Of a stretch of DNA of 64,000 nt, positions 1-13,505 are shown one piece after another. The stretch is from assembly GCA_030167865.1 (NCBI GenBank), contig JALAGF010003286.1, positions 62,001 to 126,000 of the forward strand, written 5' to 3'. A program made the position numbers and the translations under genes. The notes beneath the pieces are model-generated. The model was not told where the DNA came from and searched no databases. It saw nothing but the letters and a program-made list of their open reading frames with translations. The stretch's first letter is position 1, and each line of letters opens with the position of its first letter. The stretch comes from Craspedostauros australis (Eukaryota).

Positions 1-635
1 CGGCGATGTTTGCTCCTCGCCGCATCACCACGACCTCCACAACACATCGGGAACCAAAAAGTGAGGCGATCGGGACATCGGAGGACTCGTTGTTGTTGCG
101 GTTTTGTGAGGAACTATTTGCGTCCTTCGGTCTTGTGCCTTAAGTAAGTTGCTCAATACCACCGCGCAACATCACGCGAAAGATGCTGGATATGTCACTT
201 TGACATGTGTGATATGTCGTATACGACATGTAAATATCAAACTATGACATATCAATCACCTTTTCCGCTTCCGTCACAGACATACCATCCATGACAAGAC
301 TGGACAGGACAGAACAGAACAGTCTTGGCACAAAATGGGATGAATCCACAAGGAAATGCAAACAAGATGCTGGCAAACTGCTTGTAGTAGTGTACCAGTA
401 CCAGGCAGAGCACCACCGATCACTGTACCCGCAACCGCATCCGCAATCGCAACAGGGAGCAATGTTACAATAGATCTGAATGCAACACCATGGCTCCAAC
501 TCCCAATGGATCATGCGATGTGAGGCAATCAAACCCTTGATCTCATAATCTCGATTTCATCGACAGCAACAGCATCAGCAATCACTACAGTCGCAGTAAC
601 ACCACCAACACCAACAGCAAAAGCAACCATCAACG

Positions 636-3600
636 ATGAAGTTCTCTCTCACCGCTCTCACGTACTTGGCGTGCATGACTCGCATGCCGACATCCACCAT
701 GGCCATGATGGCAAATCCGGAACCTTTCGAAGTTGCCCAGCCTGATGGAACCAAGGTGACTGTCCGCCTCAACGGAGACGAACATTACCATGACATGACC
801 GACGTTGAGGGTACGTCTCTCTTCAGTGACCATGCAGGCATCGAATTGAGACAGTTCCTGCTTTCTGTCTTATCCATGGATCTTGGCATCATCATCCCAG
901 CAGGCGACCGTTCCTTTTTACTTGTTCTTCATATTGCCTCATTCCATTCATAAGTCTCACGCTCAAACCCGCCAACTGTGTTCCCTCGTCGCAAACACAC
1001 ATCTTGTTCGGTACCATTGCCGTCACCATCGTCACCATCGTCTTTTTCTGCGCATTAGACTATACCATCGTCAAGAACGTCGAAGGACAGTACGTCTACG
1101 CCAACCTTGATCCGCAAGGAGACATCGTTCCGACCGCACTCCTCGTCGGAAAGGCCAACCCAAAGGCCAGCCACATCCCTCGCCATGTCAAGCCTACGAA
1201 CGGACAAACGGAGAAGCACCGCCATGGACGTCGTGGAGGCACGCACGCGAACACGCACATGCGTGCGAAGGAGCATCGTGAGCATCACCCCGGTCGCCAT
1301 CTCACCGTCGATTCTCACGACGATCAGCACCACCGCCGCACTATGCAGACCACAGGCACGCTCAAGAACGTCGTTCTCCTCATTCGCTTCGCCGATCATG
1401 TCAACCGTGAGTTGCCAACAGCAGCGGGCATCTCGGAGCTCATGAACGCTGGAAAGGGTCAGTTCACGAACATCGTGCCCACCGGTTCAGTCAAGCATCA
1501 CTACCTGGAGTACTCGTACGACAAGCTCAACATCGAGTCGACCGTGTTCGACTGGGTGACTGTGTCGCGAACGGAACTCTTCGTGGCCAACGGATCGTCT
1601 GGTATCAACACCAGACTCCACGATGTCATCCGAGAGGCGTTGGGTGTGATCCAAACCCGCGATAACGTCAACTTCGGCAGCTTCGACGATGACAGCGATG
1701 GTTTCATCGATGGATTCACCGTCTTCCATTCCAGCTATTCCGCGGAGACCGGCCAAGTCGATCCCAACGGTTTGGAGTTCCCAGACCGAATCTGGTCCCA
1801 TCGTTGGAATCTCAACCAAGCCTGGGTGAGCTCCGACAACACAAGGGTGTCAGCCTACAACGTCAACCCTGCCCTTTGGAGCGTATCTGGCAGTGAGATC
1901 GGCCGCGTGGGCGTGGTGGCCCACGAACTCGGACATGTAAGTGATTGGAGCGCGCAAAAGACGAAGGCAACGATCGTGTTGAGAGGCATAGCTGGTTGCA
2001 TCTGATGACAACTCGTCGCGGTCGTTTCGATGCTAATGCGCTTTCATGCAACGATTTCTTACCCCGAAAGGGTGATTGCCCCAATCATCCATGTGTATGG
2101 TAATCGAGTGTATTCCTCACGCCGTCCCTTGCTACATCGGAACCGTAACATATCGCTTGACTTCGAATGCTGCCTACCACAATCCAACAACATCTCGCAT
2201 TCAACTATCTCCTTCGCTCCGTTATCATACTCGCACAGTTCATTGGACTTCCTGATCTGTACGACCCGGAACCCGCGGATGCACCCCCGGAAGACCGTGG
2301 AAGAGGAATCGGCATCTTTGGTCTTATGGCTGATGCTTGGGGAATCGACGGGTCTCAACGCTTCCCTCCCCACATGTCAGCATGGAGCAAGGTCCAGATG
2401 GGATGGGTGGACGCAATGAGGCCAATGGAAGGAATCAACTCCGTCGCCGCCACCCAAATCAAGACCAACCAGCCTCAGGTGTACAAGATCGGGGACGGTG
2501 AAGGTGGCTACCCACAGGGAGAGTGAGTACACGCTGCGCACAAAACACAGAAGACACAGAAAGCAAACAAGAGCCCGCAGAGCATCTTTCATAACCATCA
2601 TCGCAGCCGGTCAAGATGATGATGATGATGATGATGATGATCACGATCATGACGATGGTGTCGATTGCTCGGTGGCAGTTGGCCATCACCCCTCGATCCT
2701 CAATCTCATGTGCGCGCAGACTGATCTCACCAACTGCCTCTCCTTCAATGTCCATTCTCACACTCATCCTCGCTTCGCTTGTTCAATTCACGTTGTACCC
2801 TCTGCCTGCGCACAAATTCACGCACATGGACACAGATACCTGCTCATTGAGAATCGACAGCCCACCGGCACCGATAAGCTGCTGCCACAGGGAGGCATCT
2901 ACATTTGGCATATCGATGATCAGGCCAGCTTCACGAAGCAGGGATACCCCGGACAGAGCGGATGGCCAGCCAACGGAAACCACTACCGAGTCGCACTCCT
3001 CCCCGCCGATGGCAGATACGACCTCGAGCAGAACAGGAATGGAGGCGATTCCACCGATCCTTTCCATGCAGGTGGAGTGGCACAGTTGGGTCCATCTCAA
3101 GGCAACGCATTGACCGGCCCGTTCCCCAACACTGACCGGTACCAAGGTGGCAACGTCGCACGCACAGGCAACGTCATTTCCAACATCAGCGCGTCTGGCA
3201 CGACCATGACGTTCCGATGCACTGGCCCGGGATGTCAGGCGGCTGCAACTCAGCCAACCAGTTCACCAACGAAGGCGCCAACCAGTGCACCCACCAGCAA
3301 TCCAACGATGAAACCAACCCCGAGCAATGAAAATGATGGGACCGGAAACGGCGAGTGCAACAGCAACGAATCGCAGTTCGACCTGCGACTGGTCACAGAC
3401 AACTTCGGTGACGAGACCTCGTGGCAGATCATCAACGACGATGGCACAATTGTGAAGACAGGATCAGGATACGAGAACAACAAGGTCAATCTCATCAAGG
3501 AATGCATCCCCAAGAACGATTGCTACACGTTCGTCATCAACGATACTTGGGGAGATGGCATTTGCTGCGGACAGGGCATTGGCAGCTACACAGTTTCTCT

Positions 3601-4657
3601 CGACGGCACGTTTGTTGCAGTTGGCGGGGAATTTGGATTGACTGACTCATCCGGGCAGTTTGGAGCTGCATGTGGCGCCCCAGGCCCATCTCCAACCAGT
3701 TCACCCACGAAAGCGCCGACCGGGGCGCCCACAAAGCAACCGAGCAGACCACCGACCAAGTCGCCCACGCTGGCGCCAACGAAGGCACCAGTGGATGACG
3801 GCAATCCTAATGGATGCAGCTCCAGTCAACAGACTGTCCGCATCGAGCTCAGCACCGACAATTTCGGCGACGAGACGTCCTGGAAGATCCTCGACAACAA
3901 CGACGCGGAGCTGCACACGAACACACAGGCCTATCCAAACAACAGCAATGGGATTGTTGAAACGAGATGCATCCCGAAGGATGGGTGCTTCTCATTCCAA
4001 ATCAATGACAGCTTCGGCGATGGCATGTGCTGTGGAGAAGGCAGCGGCAGCTACCGTGTGACGGTGGATGGCAGCCAGGTTGCCGCCGGCGGCGAGTTCA
4101 CTTCGCAGGACAGCACCGTCTTTGGAAACCAATGCAACGAACCAACACCGCCACCCACGGAGGGGGATAACAACGCCAACTCCTGCGGCAATAATCAGGC
4201 CGAGCTCCGCGTCGTGATGCAAACGGACAACTTCGGCGACGAGACGTCTTGGTCTCTGGCCCGCAACAGTGACGGCACCACAATCCAGATTGGTGGGCCA
4301 TACCCCAACAACTCCCCAGTCGAAGAGAAGCGCTGCGTTCCAGCCAATGTATGCTACAAGTTCACAATGATGGATTCCTTCGGCGATGGCATGTGCTGCA
4401 ACGAAGGACAAGGCAGCTACGAGGTGTTCTGGGATAGCGTGAGCATGAACAAGGGCGGTGACTTTGGTGAGGATGAGAGCTTCTTGCTTGGCAACTGCAA
4501 CGCTGGCCGCCGTCGTGTGGCTGGCACAGATGAGGCAGCAGCAGCAGTTCGCACTGCAGACAGTGCAAGGCACGTGCGTCTCGGCAGAAATGACCGTCCA
4601 GCAGGCCAAGGCACGGATGGCCGCAGCCATCGCCGCCGCCATCACCGCCAAGTTTAA
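636..4657 (+). CDS. Secreted M6-family (immune inhibitor A-like) zinc metalloprotease with Pro/Thr linkers and three C-terminal Cys-rich repeat domains; exons 636-810, 1059-1936, 2239-2522, 2836-4657
   Basis: Signal peptide [14 protein letters not shown]; propeptide QPDGT...GDE; three GT-AG introns keep frame and give [14 protein letters not shown], GxGx[13 protein letters not shown] and EYLLIENRQ...GGIYIWHID; three copies of a [10 protein letters not shown]...DxxGDGxCC...GSY domain. Confidence 0.9.
2615..2641. repeat. (GAT)9 microsatellite in intron 3 of the M6 protease gene
   Basis: Perfect GAT run; explains the poly-Asp/poly-Met text in overlapping raw ORFs. Confidence 0.9.
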
Positions 4658-5425
4658 ATCTGCTGCCAATGACCATCGGCCATTCCCACTGAGAGTCGTG
4701 GAACCTACCCTCAAGAGTTCTGCATTAAGCATAACATCAGGATATCTAACATCATTAGCTTCGAAGTAGCTACATCAAGTACGGGAGCATCAGAAAGATA
4801 CGAGCTACGAGTAGGAAAGGGCATCGAGCCGGAACTGTGAGCGAGGCTGTTCATCGAATAGAACTACAGCGTAAACAAGGCTAGACTAAAAGTTGCGGTA
4901 AATTGTCTAATATACTTTTATATCCAAAACGACTTCATTCGTGGTCACAGCGTGACACCATGCGACACACGGGCCGAACAAAAAGGCTTTACTTTTTTGT
5001 CAAAGAGTCAATTCAGACAGAAAAAGAAGCCTCAATGACATTTGCATCCTGCTTTGCTTCCTGCTTGGTGCGGTGACGTCCCATCAGATGATACGACCAC
5101 GTCCCCTGGTACGTGGCTGAACTCAGACGCCCAAGTCCTCCTTCCTTCGTTCCTTGGCACCTTCGCAGACAGGATTCGCAAGAGCTGCAGAACAACTGAA
5201 GCGAAAGGTCCGCTCATCACATCTCTCGCCACCAGTGCCGTGCCGTGCCGTTCCGGTGGTGCTGGCCACCCCTCGTGGCTTTGTCGCCACAATTACTGTG
5301 GCTCGTAGGTAGAGACCGCGAGTAATCCAAAGATCGTCAGCAGCATTTGAGGCTTCTGATCACAAATCGAAAGATCGAACGTCCGCAAGTTGGAAGGACG
5401 ACAACAACATTAATACAATAGGAGA

Positions 5426-8400
5426 ATGGCGCACTTGGTCGATCCTTCCTCTGGTGATGGCGATTGCCAAAGCATCCCTGGGGAAGAGCTGGATCATAAT
5501 GGAAACGAGGCCGTCGTTGGATCCAACGCTGACAAAATAGCAGGTCAAGGTGACGCAACAGCAGTCTCGCATGTTTCTTCGACATCTCATCATGCCACTG
5601 CGAGCGATCTCGCGACCGCTGATACCAGCGACGCGAACTTTCGCTCGGACTCCACTTCGCTTGGACCAGCAACGCGTGATGGGAAGCTGCCACAAAGACA
5701 CATAGGTCCCTCCGTCCATGCCTCCGAGAAGACCACGAAAACGCTAACACCCGCTGGGGCTGGTGCGACGAGCAGCTACGGGCTTGCACAGAGCGGAAGC
5801 AAAGTTCCACCCACGAGGGCTACGATGAATGCCGTGTCTGCCATTGCCCCTGATGCCGATGCCGACGCTGATAAGCAGAAACATGCAATCAACAGTCCAG
5901 ATGCGAAGAAACGAAAGGACTCATCCAAGACGCGGGCAGGAATCGATGCTGACATCACCAATGGCACTCAACCCATCCGTCCCCAAAAAGGAAAGGTCAA
6001 TGAGCACGGCAACGACAACAGTGGTCAATCGACATCGCCACCTCTCGCGACTCCTAGTGCTCAAGATATCGCAGAGCGAGACGACGATGTTTCATTCGAC
6101 GCTGAGATTCACGACGAGAGACTCGTGGAGGAGACATCGCCAAGTGGCACCCATCTCACTCAACGCCGTGGCAGCACCGGCCATGCTGCAGCGCAGTCAC
6201 AAGCAGCTCTAGGTGCCTATGGCATGGATGTTATCCCATCGAACGCGATGGACAACGGCAATGCAGAAATCGCCATCATTGATGCCGACATCGAGGGCGG
6301 CCATGGCACGCTTACATCCGCACAAGTGCCCATCGCGGCTGACCTTGCCCCGGATACAGACAAGATTGTGCGTCAAGCCATCCAGCAAGATAGAGCCCGA
6401 CGAAATCTTGAGCAACCGGTCCTCGTCAATTCTCAGCCCATCGACGAGGCGCAAGCAAAACGCAATGCTCGCACCATGCGCTGTGGCTTGTTGGCCCTGT
6501 GTTTGATTGTCATCGCCGTCGCCGTATCTCTTGCGGTCACACTGACGCAAACTGATGGTGATGGTGGAAAGGCAAAGGAAGTTCCCATCATCATCGTCAA
6601 CAGAACGGAGGCTCCGACCATGAGTGCACAACCAACCGGCACGCCCACAGCTTCTCCTACCACGGCGCAGTCGATGTCGCCGAGCAGCCAGCCAAGTCAA
6701 CAACCAACCGTGTCCGACTACGGCGTGTTGGTCGAAAGGTTGGTTGCGGCGACGAACGGGAGCATGTCAGCGTTTGATGACATGTCGAGCCCTCAGTCCC
6801 GCGCAGCGCGATGGCTGTTGGAGGATGGATTCTTCGCAATTGGCGATGCCGACAGTGACGATGGAGTTGTCATCGTTGAGTTCTTCTCCTCTGCAACATC
6901 CCCAGGAGCAGATCGTGCAGACAATGCAGCAGCAGATGCAACTGTTGCTGGTCCTTCAAGTACTACGACGTTGGGCTCGGGCATCGATGATACCACCGCC
7001 GACAGCAGCAATTCCACCACGAACAGCACCACCGGCATCGATGGCCCTGCAATATTATCCATCGAATGGAATGAGACAACAACGAAACAAATCGTGGAGA
7101 GATATGCCTCCGCCGTATTTTACTACGCCACGGGCGGGGAAACGTGGGCGTCGCAGCTCAACTTTCTCACCAACAAATCAGTTTGTGACTGGGGAAGGGA
7201 CGGCTTTACTCAGATCGATACTCCCCATGGCCCAATTGTGTCACTTGACTTCTTTGGTATACGCTGCTCACCTGGTGGTCATCCCCACACGATCAATTTT
7301 CGCTGTAAGTTGCGGGTCTTGGGTCTGGCTTCACCGTTCGTATACGATGTGCGTTGCCTGCAATCTATTCATTGAAACTGTGCTTCACTGTGCGTTGCTC
7401 ATTGTGTTTGTGAAGTACTTGCGTACTTACCAACCGAATCATATCATACCGTACCGTACCATACCATGTCATACTCAACTTGGCGCACTGCAACACTTCT
7501 GAATTTCGAATCATTCCACCCACTTTGAACACGATAACAGCCTTCTACCAGGACATGCTGGTTGGCACATTACCCACGGAAATCGGTCTGCTCGAAGAGT
7601 TGATACATGTGGGATGTAAGTATGCAGCGAAAGACTGGCGCAGATCTTGGGAGAGTCGCTCCGTTGGAGCTTCGTTAGAGATTCACAACTTGTGCAATGT
7701 TCCATGCCATCCATCTCAACTTCAACCTTCTGCTGCCCGATTTTTCTGCATTCCTCTGCCGCAATTGCGTACCGCAGTCGACTCACAGGTGTGGATCCAC
7801 GGGACCATTCCAACAGAACTCGGCAATCTTAAGAAGCTCAAGGTGCTGTGGTTATGTAAGTTCCGAAATTCGAAGACGCATTGAGTGCTTGCCTGAAGAC
7901 ATGTGTGTGCTTTTCTATCCGACCTGGGACTTTGGATGTATGGTACTCGCATGCCAGTCAAAGATGCGTGCCGTCGCGCATTCAGTTTCATTGGAGCACT
8001 GTCCTCGTGCTCGCATGTTGGACCCTCGCCTGCTCGTACGTACCGTATCCATCCAATCTCAGAATCAAATCCCAACCTCACACGACAAAGGACACACACG
8101 CCATTTTACAAATATTTTTGCAGCGCTGGAACGACTGGAGGGAACCCTCCCCACAGAACTGGCGTCCTTGCCACTCCTCAGAGATCTAATACTCTGTAAG
8201 TTTGCGTGCAATACGACCAGCATGCTGCAAGCTTGGTTCGCGAACAAACTGACTTGGCATCTGACGCATTGATTGATCGCACGCGGAATATCCCACTTGC
8301 CACCGTTCTGGAGTCGTTGCCAACCATTCCACCCATGCTTCTCTCACATTCAAATGTTTGCATGTTTTGCCCTGTCACGGACGGAGATACCACGCATGCG

Positions 8401-10481
8401 CAGCCAACACCAAGTTATCTGGCAACGTCACATTTCATGAAGGCGACTTGGCATCGCTCGACAATCTTGAACTCGGTAAGCCATCAAAAGAGACCTCTCC
8501 CAAGAAACAGTAGCTGTTGATTCCTGGCAGGTCGAACGCGGCTTTTCGCTCGCCGATTGAAATGTTCCTCGTCGTCTCACCCGCTGCATCACCTGTTGCA
8601 CCACCTGTTGCACAACATCCCATTCTCCACATGTCATAATAGACGACACGAGGTGGGAATCAACTATCCCACAAGGCATCGGATACTTGACCCAGTTGAC
8701 AGAACTATCGATGAGTAAGTCAATGTGCGCATTGCGGTAATCTTGTCGAAGGCAGAATGCGAGTTGCGCCATTCTTTGGTGTGCAAGCAGTTTTGTGAAG
8801 GCGGTGGCAGAAGCATGCCCTTTCGGGCGTCCTTCAAGCCAGGGGCACTCCCAGCCTGTCTTCTCGCGGATAGATCCATCCACTCACTGAAATATGCATG
8901 TCCGTTTTAATCACTCCTTCTCTAACTTTCGTGGTGCCATCCAACATCGTTCGCATCACCTGAACCTCCAATTTGTATCTCTCTGGCAATCCGATTCAAC
9001 TCTCTTTGCACACAGGGAATACCGCGATGCAAGGGACCATTCCATCAGACATTGGAAGGCTGACATCTTTGAAGAAGCTGGTGCTGGGTGAGTGCCAAGT
9101 TCGCTGGAGTGGCGAGGACTGGACGCCATCCCTTGCCTCATGACGATGTGCTTTGCCTCAACCTTGTGCGTGGCACCACATGAAATGATCACAGAAAAAA
9201 CTCACACTTCCTTTTGCCGTACCATGTTTCCTCCCTTTCTCACAATAACTGCGTACCAATACGAATACTCCTGCCAATCGTATGCGATGCGCTGACTGGT
9301 GCATTCTATGCAACGTACTGCTCACATGTCATCGTGACTTGTGCAATACTCTAGATGGATGTCGCGTCAAAGGTCCAATTCCCACGGAAGTTGGGAACAT
9401 GACTTCACTGAGAGCATTGAGTTTTGGTAAGCATCGGTACAGCGTACCTCTCTACCATGAGAACTTGTCTCAGCTCGCTCGTGTTCGCCTATCAGATTTG
9501 GGAAGTTGGACCATGCGGTGCTTGCCGCAATGACACGACCCGTGCATACCTCCCATTGCGAGGCACACGAATCCAACTCACAATCTCATTCTCTCTATGT
9601 ACCTTCATCTGGCCACATCACATCCCACCCTTCCGTTGCAATCTCTCAACATCTCGTCGAGCAGAACACAGCCATTTTCTAGATGGGCCAATTCCAAGCG
9701 AGATTGGGCGGTTGGTCAAACTGACGCAATTGGACTTCGGTGAGTGCATACAATAGCGAATGGAAATGGGTTCTACTCGACCGGCTCTTCATCGTCTTCC
9801 TTGTGGGACTGATGTGTCTCACTTCTTATCTCTATCCTCGCCGTCAATCATGAACTCCCTTTGCTGAGCTACGTTACCACCCGTATCTACCCGATCCGCA
9901 TCCCTCTTCCTTCACTTTCAAGCTTGCACGAATATCAATGGTGTGATACCAGATACGCTCACGCAACTCACGAAACTGAAGGACTTCGATATCAGTAAGT
10001 GATCAGTGTCGCTGTTTCATCTTGTGGTCAGCGAGTGCATGTGCACGTGTATGCGTGGAAGATTGAGTGTCTCTTCTGTTTGTTGTTTCCCCTATTGATG
10101 ATGATGTCGATGTCTCGCCATTACACAGAGTATACTGATGCAATTCCTTCCATTTCGTCATTTCCACCGGACGCTTCCGCGGGCTTTCTCTCAATTTCCT
10201 CTCCAGGCGGCGCCACGCTGAACGGAAGGATACCGCAGGCCTTCTGTTCGCAACCCTCTGACCCCTTCGGGACATTTGCGAATCTGGAAATCACCAACTG
10301 CGATGTTGAATGGACTGGCTTCGGTGGATCCCTGATTTCCACATCAAGCATCAACTGCTCCCAGTTCGATGCATCTGATCCCACCATTGTGATGAATTGC
10401 TGCGAATGCTCTCCTGACCCCGACCATGTGGATATAGGAGTGCGAACTTGTGGCAACACTTTATCGTGCATCGAGGACTGA
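5426..10481 (+). CDS. Single-pass membrane LRR protein (no kinase), 11 exons: 5426-7304, 7541-7615, 7778-7855, 8124-8195, 8404-8475, 8643-8714, 9016-9087, 9355-9426, 9665-9739, 9923-9994, 10207-10481
   Basis: Low-complexity N-terminus, TM segment CGLLALCLIVIAVAVSLAVTL, P/T/S linker, cap domain (SPQSRAARWLL...ERYASAVFYYATGG..W...C.W), plant-type LRRs (GxIPxExGxL), Cys-rich C-cap. All 10 introns are GT-AG and phase 1. Confidence 0.88.
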
Positions 10482-10657
10482 AGGCTCTTGGATCATCTGG
10501 AGAGGAGGAGATTCCGTCACCAACTATCGAGGTATGCCAGAAAATAACGAAAAATAGTACTATCACTGATTTAAGACTTCCAATTCACACCATCACAACC
10601 CCCAACACACCTTCATCTGAGGACCGTACTGCCTTGACGTGAGCATCTCGCAGCACT

Positions 10658-11791
10658 TCACACTTGGGTGCCGGTCATGCCCATGATCATTCCGATCATT
10701 TTCGTGTTCTTGAACCACGGGAAGATCCATTGAGTTGTGAACCATCCAATGTTGAAGACTCCGTCATCTTTGCCGAGCGCGACGAAGTACCCACTTGGAG
10801 CGACCTCGTGCTTCTTCAGCTTGGCCTGAAGATCGGCATCCGCCTCAAGACTTGCGTCTGCGGTCGCTCCGCTCTTCACCTTTGACATGGTTGCGTCCAT
10901 GTTGGCAACGATGGTGTCAAGGTTGCCCTGGATCTGGGCGAACGAACTGTACAGCAAAGCGCAGCAGTCGCCGATCGCGAACACCGTTCCACCCGCTCCC
11001 TTGACGCGGAAGTAATCATCCACCTCAATCCAGCCCTTGTCGTTCAAGAACTTCGCGTCCATGAAGGAGTTGACGGGACGAAGTCCGGTGGTGTGCACCA
11101 CTTCGGATGCATCGAGCTCCACGCCGGAGTTCTTCGTGACGAATTTGCCGTCGTCGGACTCGATGACCTTGTCGTTCACGATGACCTTGACGCCCTTGGC
11201 TTCGAGCTTTCGCTGAATCCAATCACCGACTGAATCGTCCGTCTCCGCACACAAGTGTGGCCTGCTTTGCACCAGCGTGATCTTGTTCGTCTTGCCCAGT
11301 CGCTTCTTTTGCGTGTAGGCAATCTCGCCTGCCAACTCGCAGCCGATGAGGCCGCCGCCGACGATGAGGACGGACTCGGCATTGACCAGGCGATCGCCTT
11401 CCAGCTTGAGCTGCGCCTTGCGCTCTTCCATCGATGCGGGCGCCGTGGGTCCTCGACCGCATGCCGTCCACTGGGATCCGGCGCCGGTGGCCACCATGCA
11501 GAGGTCGAACTCGATGGTTTGGCCGTCGGCCAGATCGGCGCTTGTTGGCGTGAGCTTCGTGACGATGGAATGGATGAGTCGGATGTTGTGCTTGACCGCC
11601 CATGGCCGAAGCGGTTCCAAGGCAGTGTCTCGATCATCTTCATCGAACGGCGTGCGGAATGCGAATAGCACGAGCTCGAAGTAATTCTTGGGTTCCACAA
11701 GGATGATCTCCGTTGTCGCGTCCTTGGCTCGCAAACCCGCGGCGCACATGACGCCGGCGGCGCCGCCTCCGATGATGAGGATCTTGGTCAT
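10658..11791 (-). CDS. FAD-dependent pyridine nucleotide-disulfide oxidoreductase, AIFM2/FSP1/AMID-like
   Basis: Intronless 377 aa; ILIIGGGAAG (FAD), VATG, VLIVGGGLIGCELAGEI (NADH), VFAIGD. Confidence 0.85.
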   Translation of the reverse strand: MTKILIIGGGAAGVMCAAGLRAKDATTEIILVEPKNYFELVLFAFRTPFDEDDRDTALEPLRPWAVKHNIRLIHSIVTKLTPTSADLADGQTIEFDLCMVATGAGSQWTACGRGPTAPASMEERKAQLKLEGDRLVNAESVLIVGGGLIGCELAGEIAYTQKKRLGKTNKITLVQSRPHLCAETDDSVGDWIQRKLEAKGVKVIVNDKVIESDDGKFVTKNSGVELDASEVVHTTGLRPVNSFMDAKFLNDKGWIEVDDYFRVKGAGGTVFAIGDCCALLYSSFAQIQGNLDTIVANMDATMSKVKSGATADASLEADADLQAKLKKHEVAPSGYFVALGKDDGVFNIGWFTTQWIFPWFKNTKMIGMIMGMTGTQV

Positions 11792-11875
11792 GATGCTGGT
11801 GTCTTCTTTGGTTCCTTTTTATGATATTATGATATGATCGTAAAGCAGAGAAGAGGTGGATTTGTGCTGTGCTGT

Positions 11876-11932
11876 GTTTCGTTTCGTTTCGTTTCGATTC
11901 GTTTTGATTCGTTTTGTTTCGTTTCGTTTCGT
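11876..11932. repeat. Imperfect (GTTTC)n pentanucleotide repeat upstream of the oxidoreductase
   Basis: About 11 units of gtttc/gattc/gtttt. Confidence 0.8.
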
Positions 11933-13505
11933 CTGGATGGGTCGGATCCTGTTCTGTTGTGCTGCGCGTCCAGTACGTGCGTTGGACACAGAATTCGCAA
12001 GAACAACCGTCATCGGATCTGTTCTTTCAATGAACTTCTTGGAAGATCATGTTTCGAGTCATGTATCTTTCTGAGTCACGAACCATGGATTCCGATGACG
12101 CCATCTCGCATCATCGGCAATGATGGGACGGAGATCACCCGTCACTACCTCGCCAACAACAATTATGATTTGCCTTGACTTGGATGTGACTACTGCGGCA
12201 CATGAGGGAGCATCTTGGTCGGGGCACAATCGAATGAGTGATCGTTGGTTGGTTATTTGGTGGGATGAGCGATTGCTGATGAATGGATCCGAAATAATGT
12301 GTGCGTTGATGGAGTCTTGGTCTTGGTGCACCGAGTGGAAGCATGGCATCAGAATGGCGATTGGATGACCAGAAAGGGAGACGGAAAGCTTCTATGAATT
12401 CTATGTATGTTTGTTAAAATACCTGAAAGACATTGGGAGGATGAAAGAAAGGTGCGAAGGATCATGTTTTGAAGGGCGCCCTCGGTATTGGTAACTTGCG
12501 TTGCGCCGATTCCGAGCGGGTTAGTGGCAACATCGAATTCAGTGGCTGCGAACGAACAGAGTTGATACCATCATCATCCCTGATCCTTTCGGCATCTTGG
12601 ATGGCAACCCACTTCATTCTGTCAACGATGTTTCTTCATCTTGGATCTCTTGTGTTGTCTGTGTCCTAAGTTCTGCGCCGCTTCTGTTTCTAGGCCACAG
12701 AGCGGAAACAATCTCTGTTGCTGGTCGTAGAGACAGACGGCATGGTCGCCCATCCGTGGCAAGCCAGTGTCGTACTCGTATTCTTGCTCCTTGATCCCCG
12801 TTCGCTTGATGTTGTCTCTCGCGAAGCAATCCAAGTGAAGACCAACAGTTATCCTCGATTCCGCTTGCGCCATGGCGTAGAAAGCCATCGTCGCAAGTAC
12901 AGGACGCGTTATTGTGCATTCCACAGCCAAAGTGATCGTGCAAGAAGTGAGTTGGGAGTCATTTCGATCCATGACTGACAAAATAGCTTCTTGACGAACA
13001 GCCCATTCCATGACCAAGCGGACGATAATTCCTTCAGTATAAAAGTCTGTTGGGGTCACGAGATGTATCCGCCTGCTTCTCGTGGTTGGCCACAAGTTTC
13101 TTGATTCCACTTTCCCCCTCCAAACTGTCACAAGGAAGCACCCAAAAAGGCGAAAGAAGCACGGGATTGTTGTTGACGCCAACAGAGCAAGGCGAGCGAC
13201 GCGTTGGCTCTTCCCTGTATGTTGGCATCAAGGAGAAGTCAACGCTTGACGCAGTAATCATAGTTACCGCTTGAGCCGAAGAGGCGACGTCCTTCACCAC
13301 ACCAATAGCCACGTGCATACTTCATCTCACATGAACGCCGCCACCAACTGAGTTGCACAACCCAACACCACAACCCCTCTCTGAGAACATCTCAGCGTCA
13401 ATTGATGATTCTGCACAATCACAGGGCATCTCATTGATCATCCAACCACACCAACTGTTCTACTATTATTAGCAGCCACCAGAAAAGGCTGCAACCTATC
13501 ATACC

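Noticed and set aside
7305-10206. Regularly spaced short units resembling a CRISPR-like array
   Set aside because: The units are diverged LRR-coding exons flanked by GT-AG introns, not identical direct repeats; no cas genes.
12460-13320. Minus-strand ORFs (e.g. 12622-13182) between the oxidoreductase and the K/S-rich gene
   Set aside because: No recognisable motif, no convincing ATG or splice model; could be decayed coding sequence but cannot be supported.
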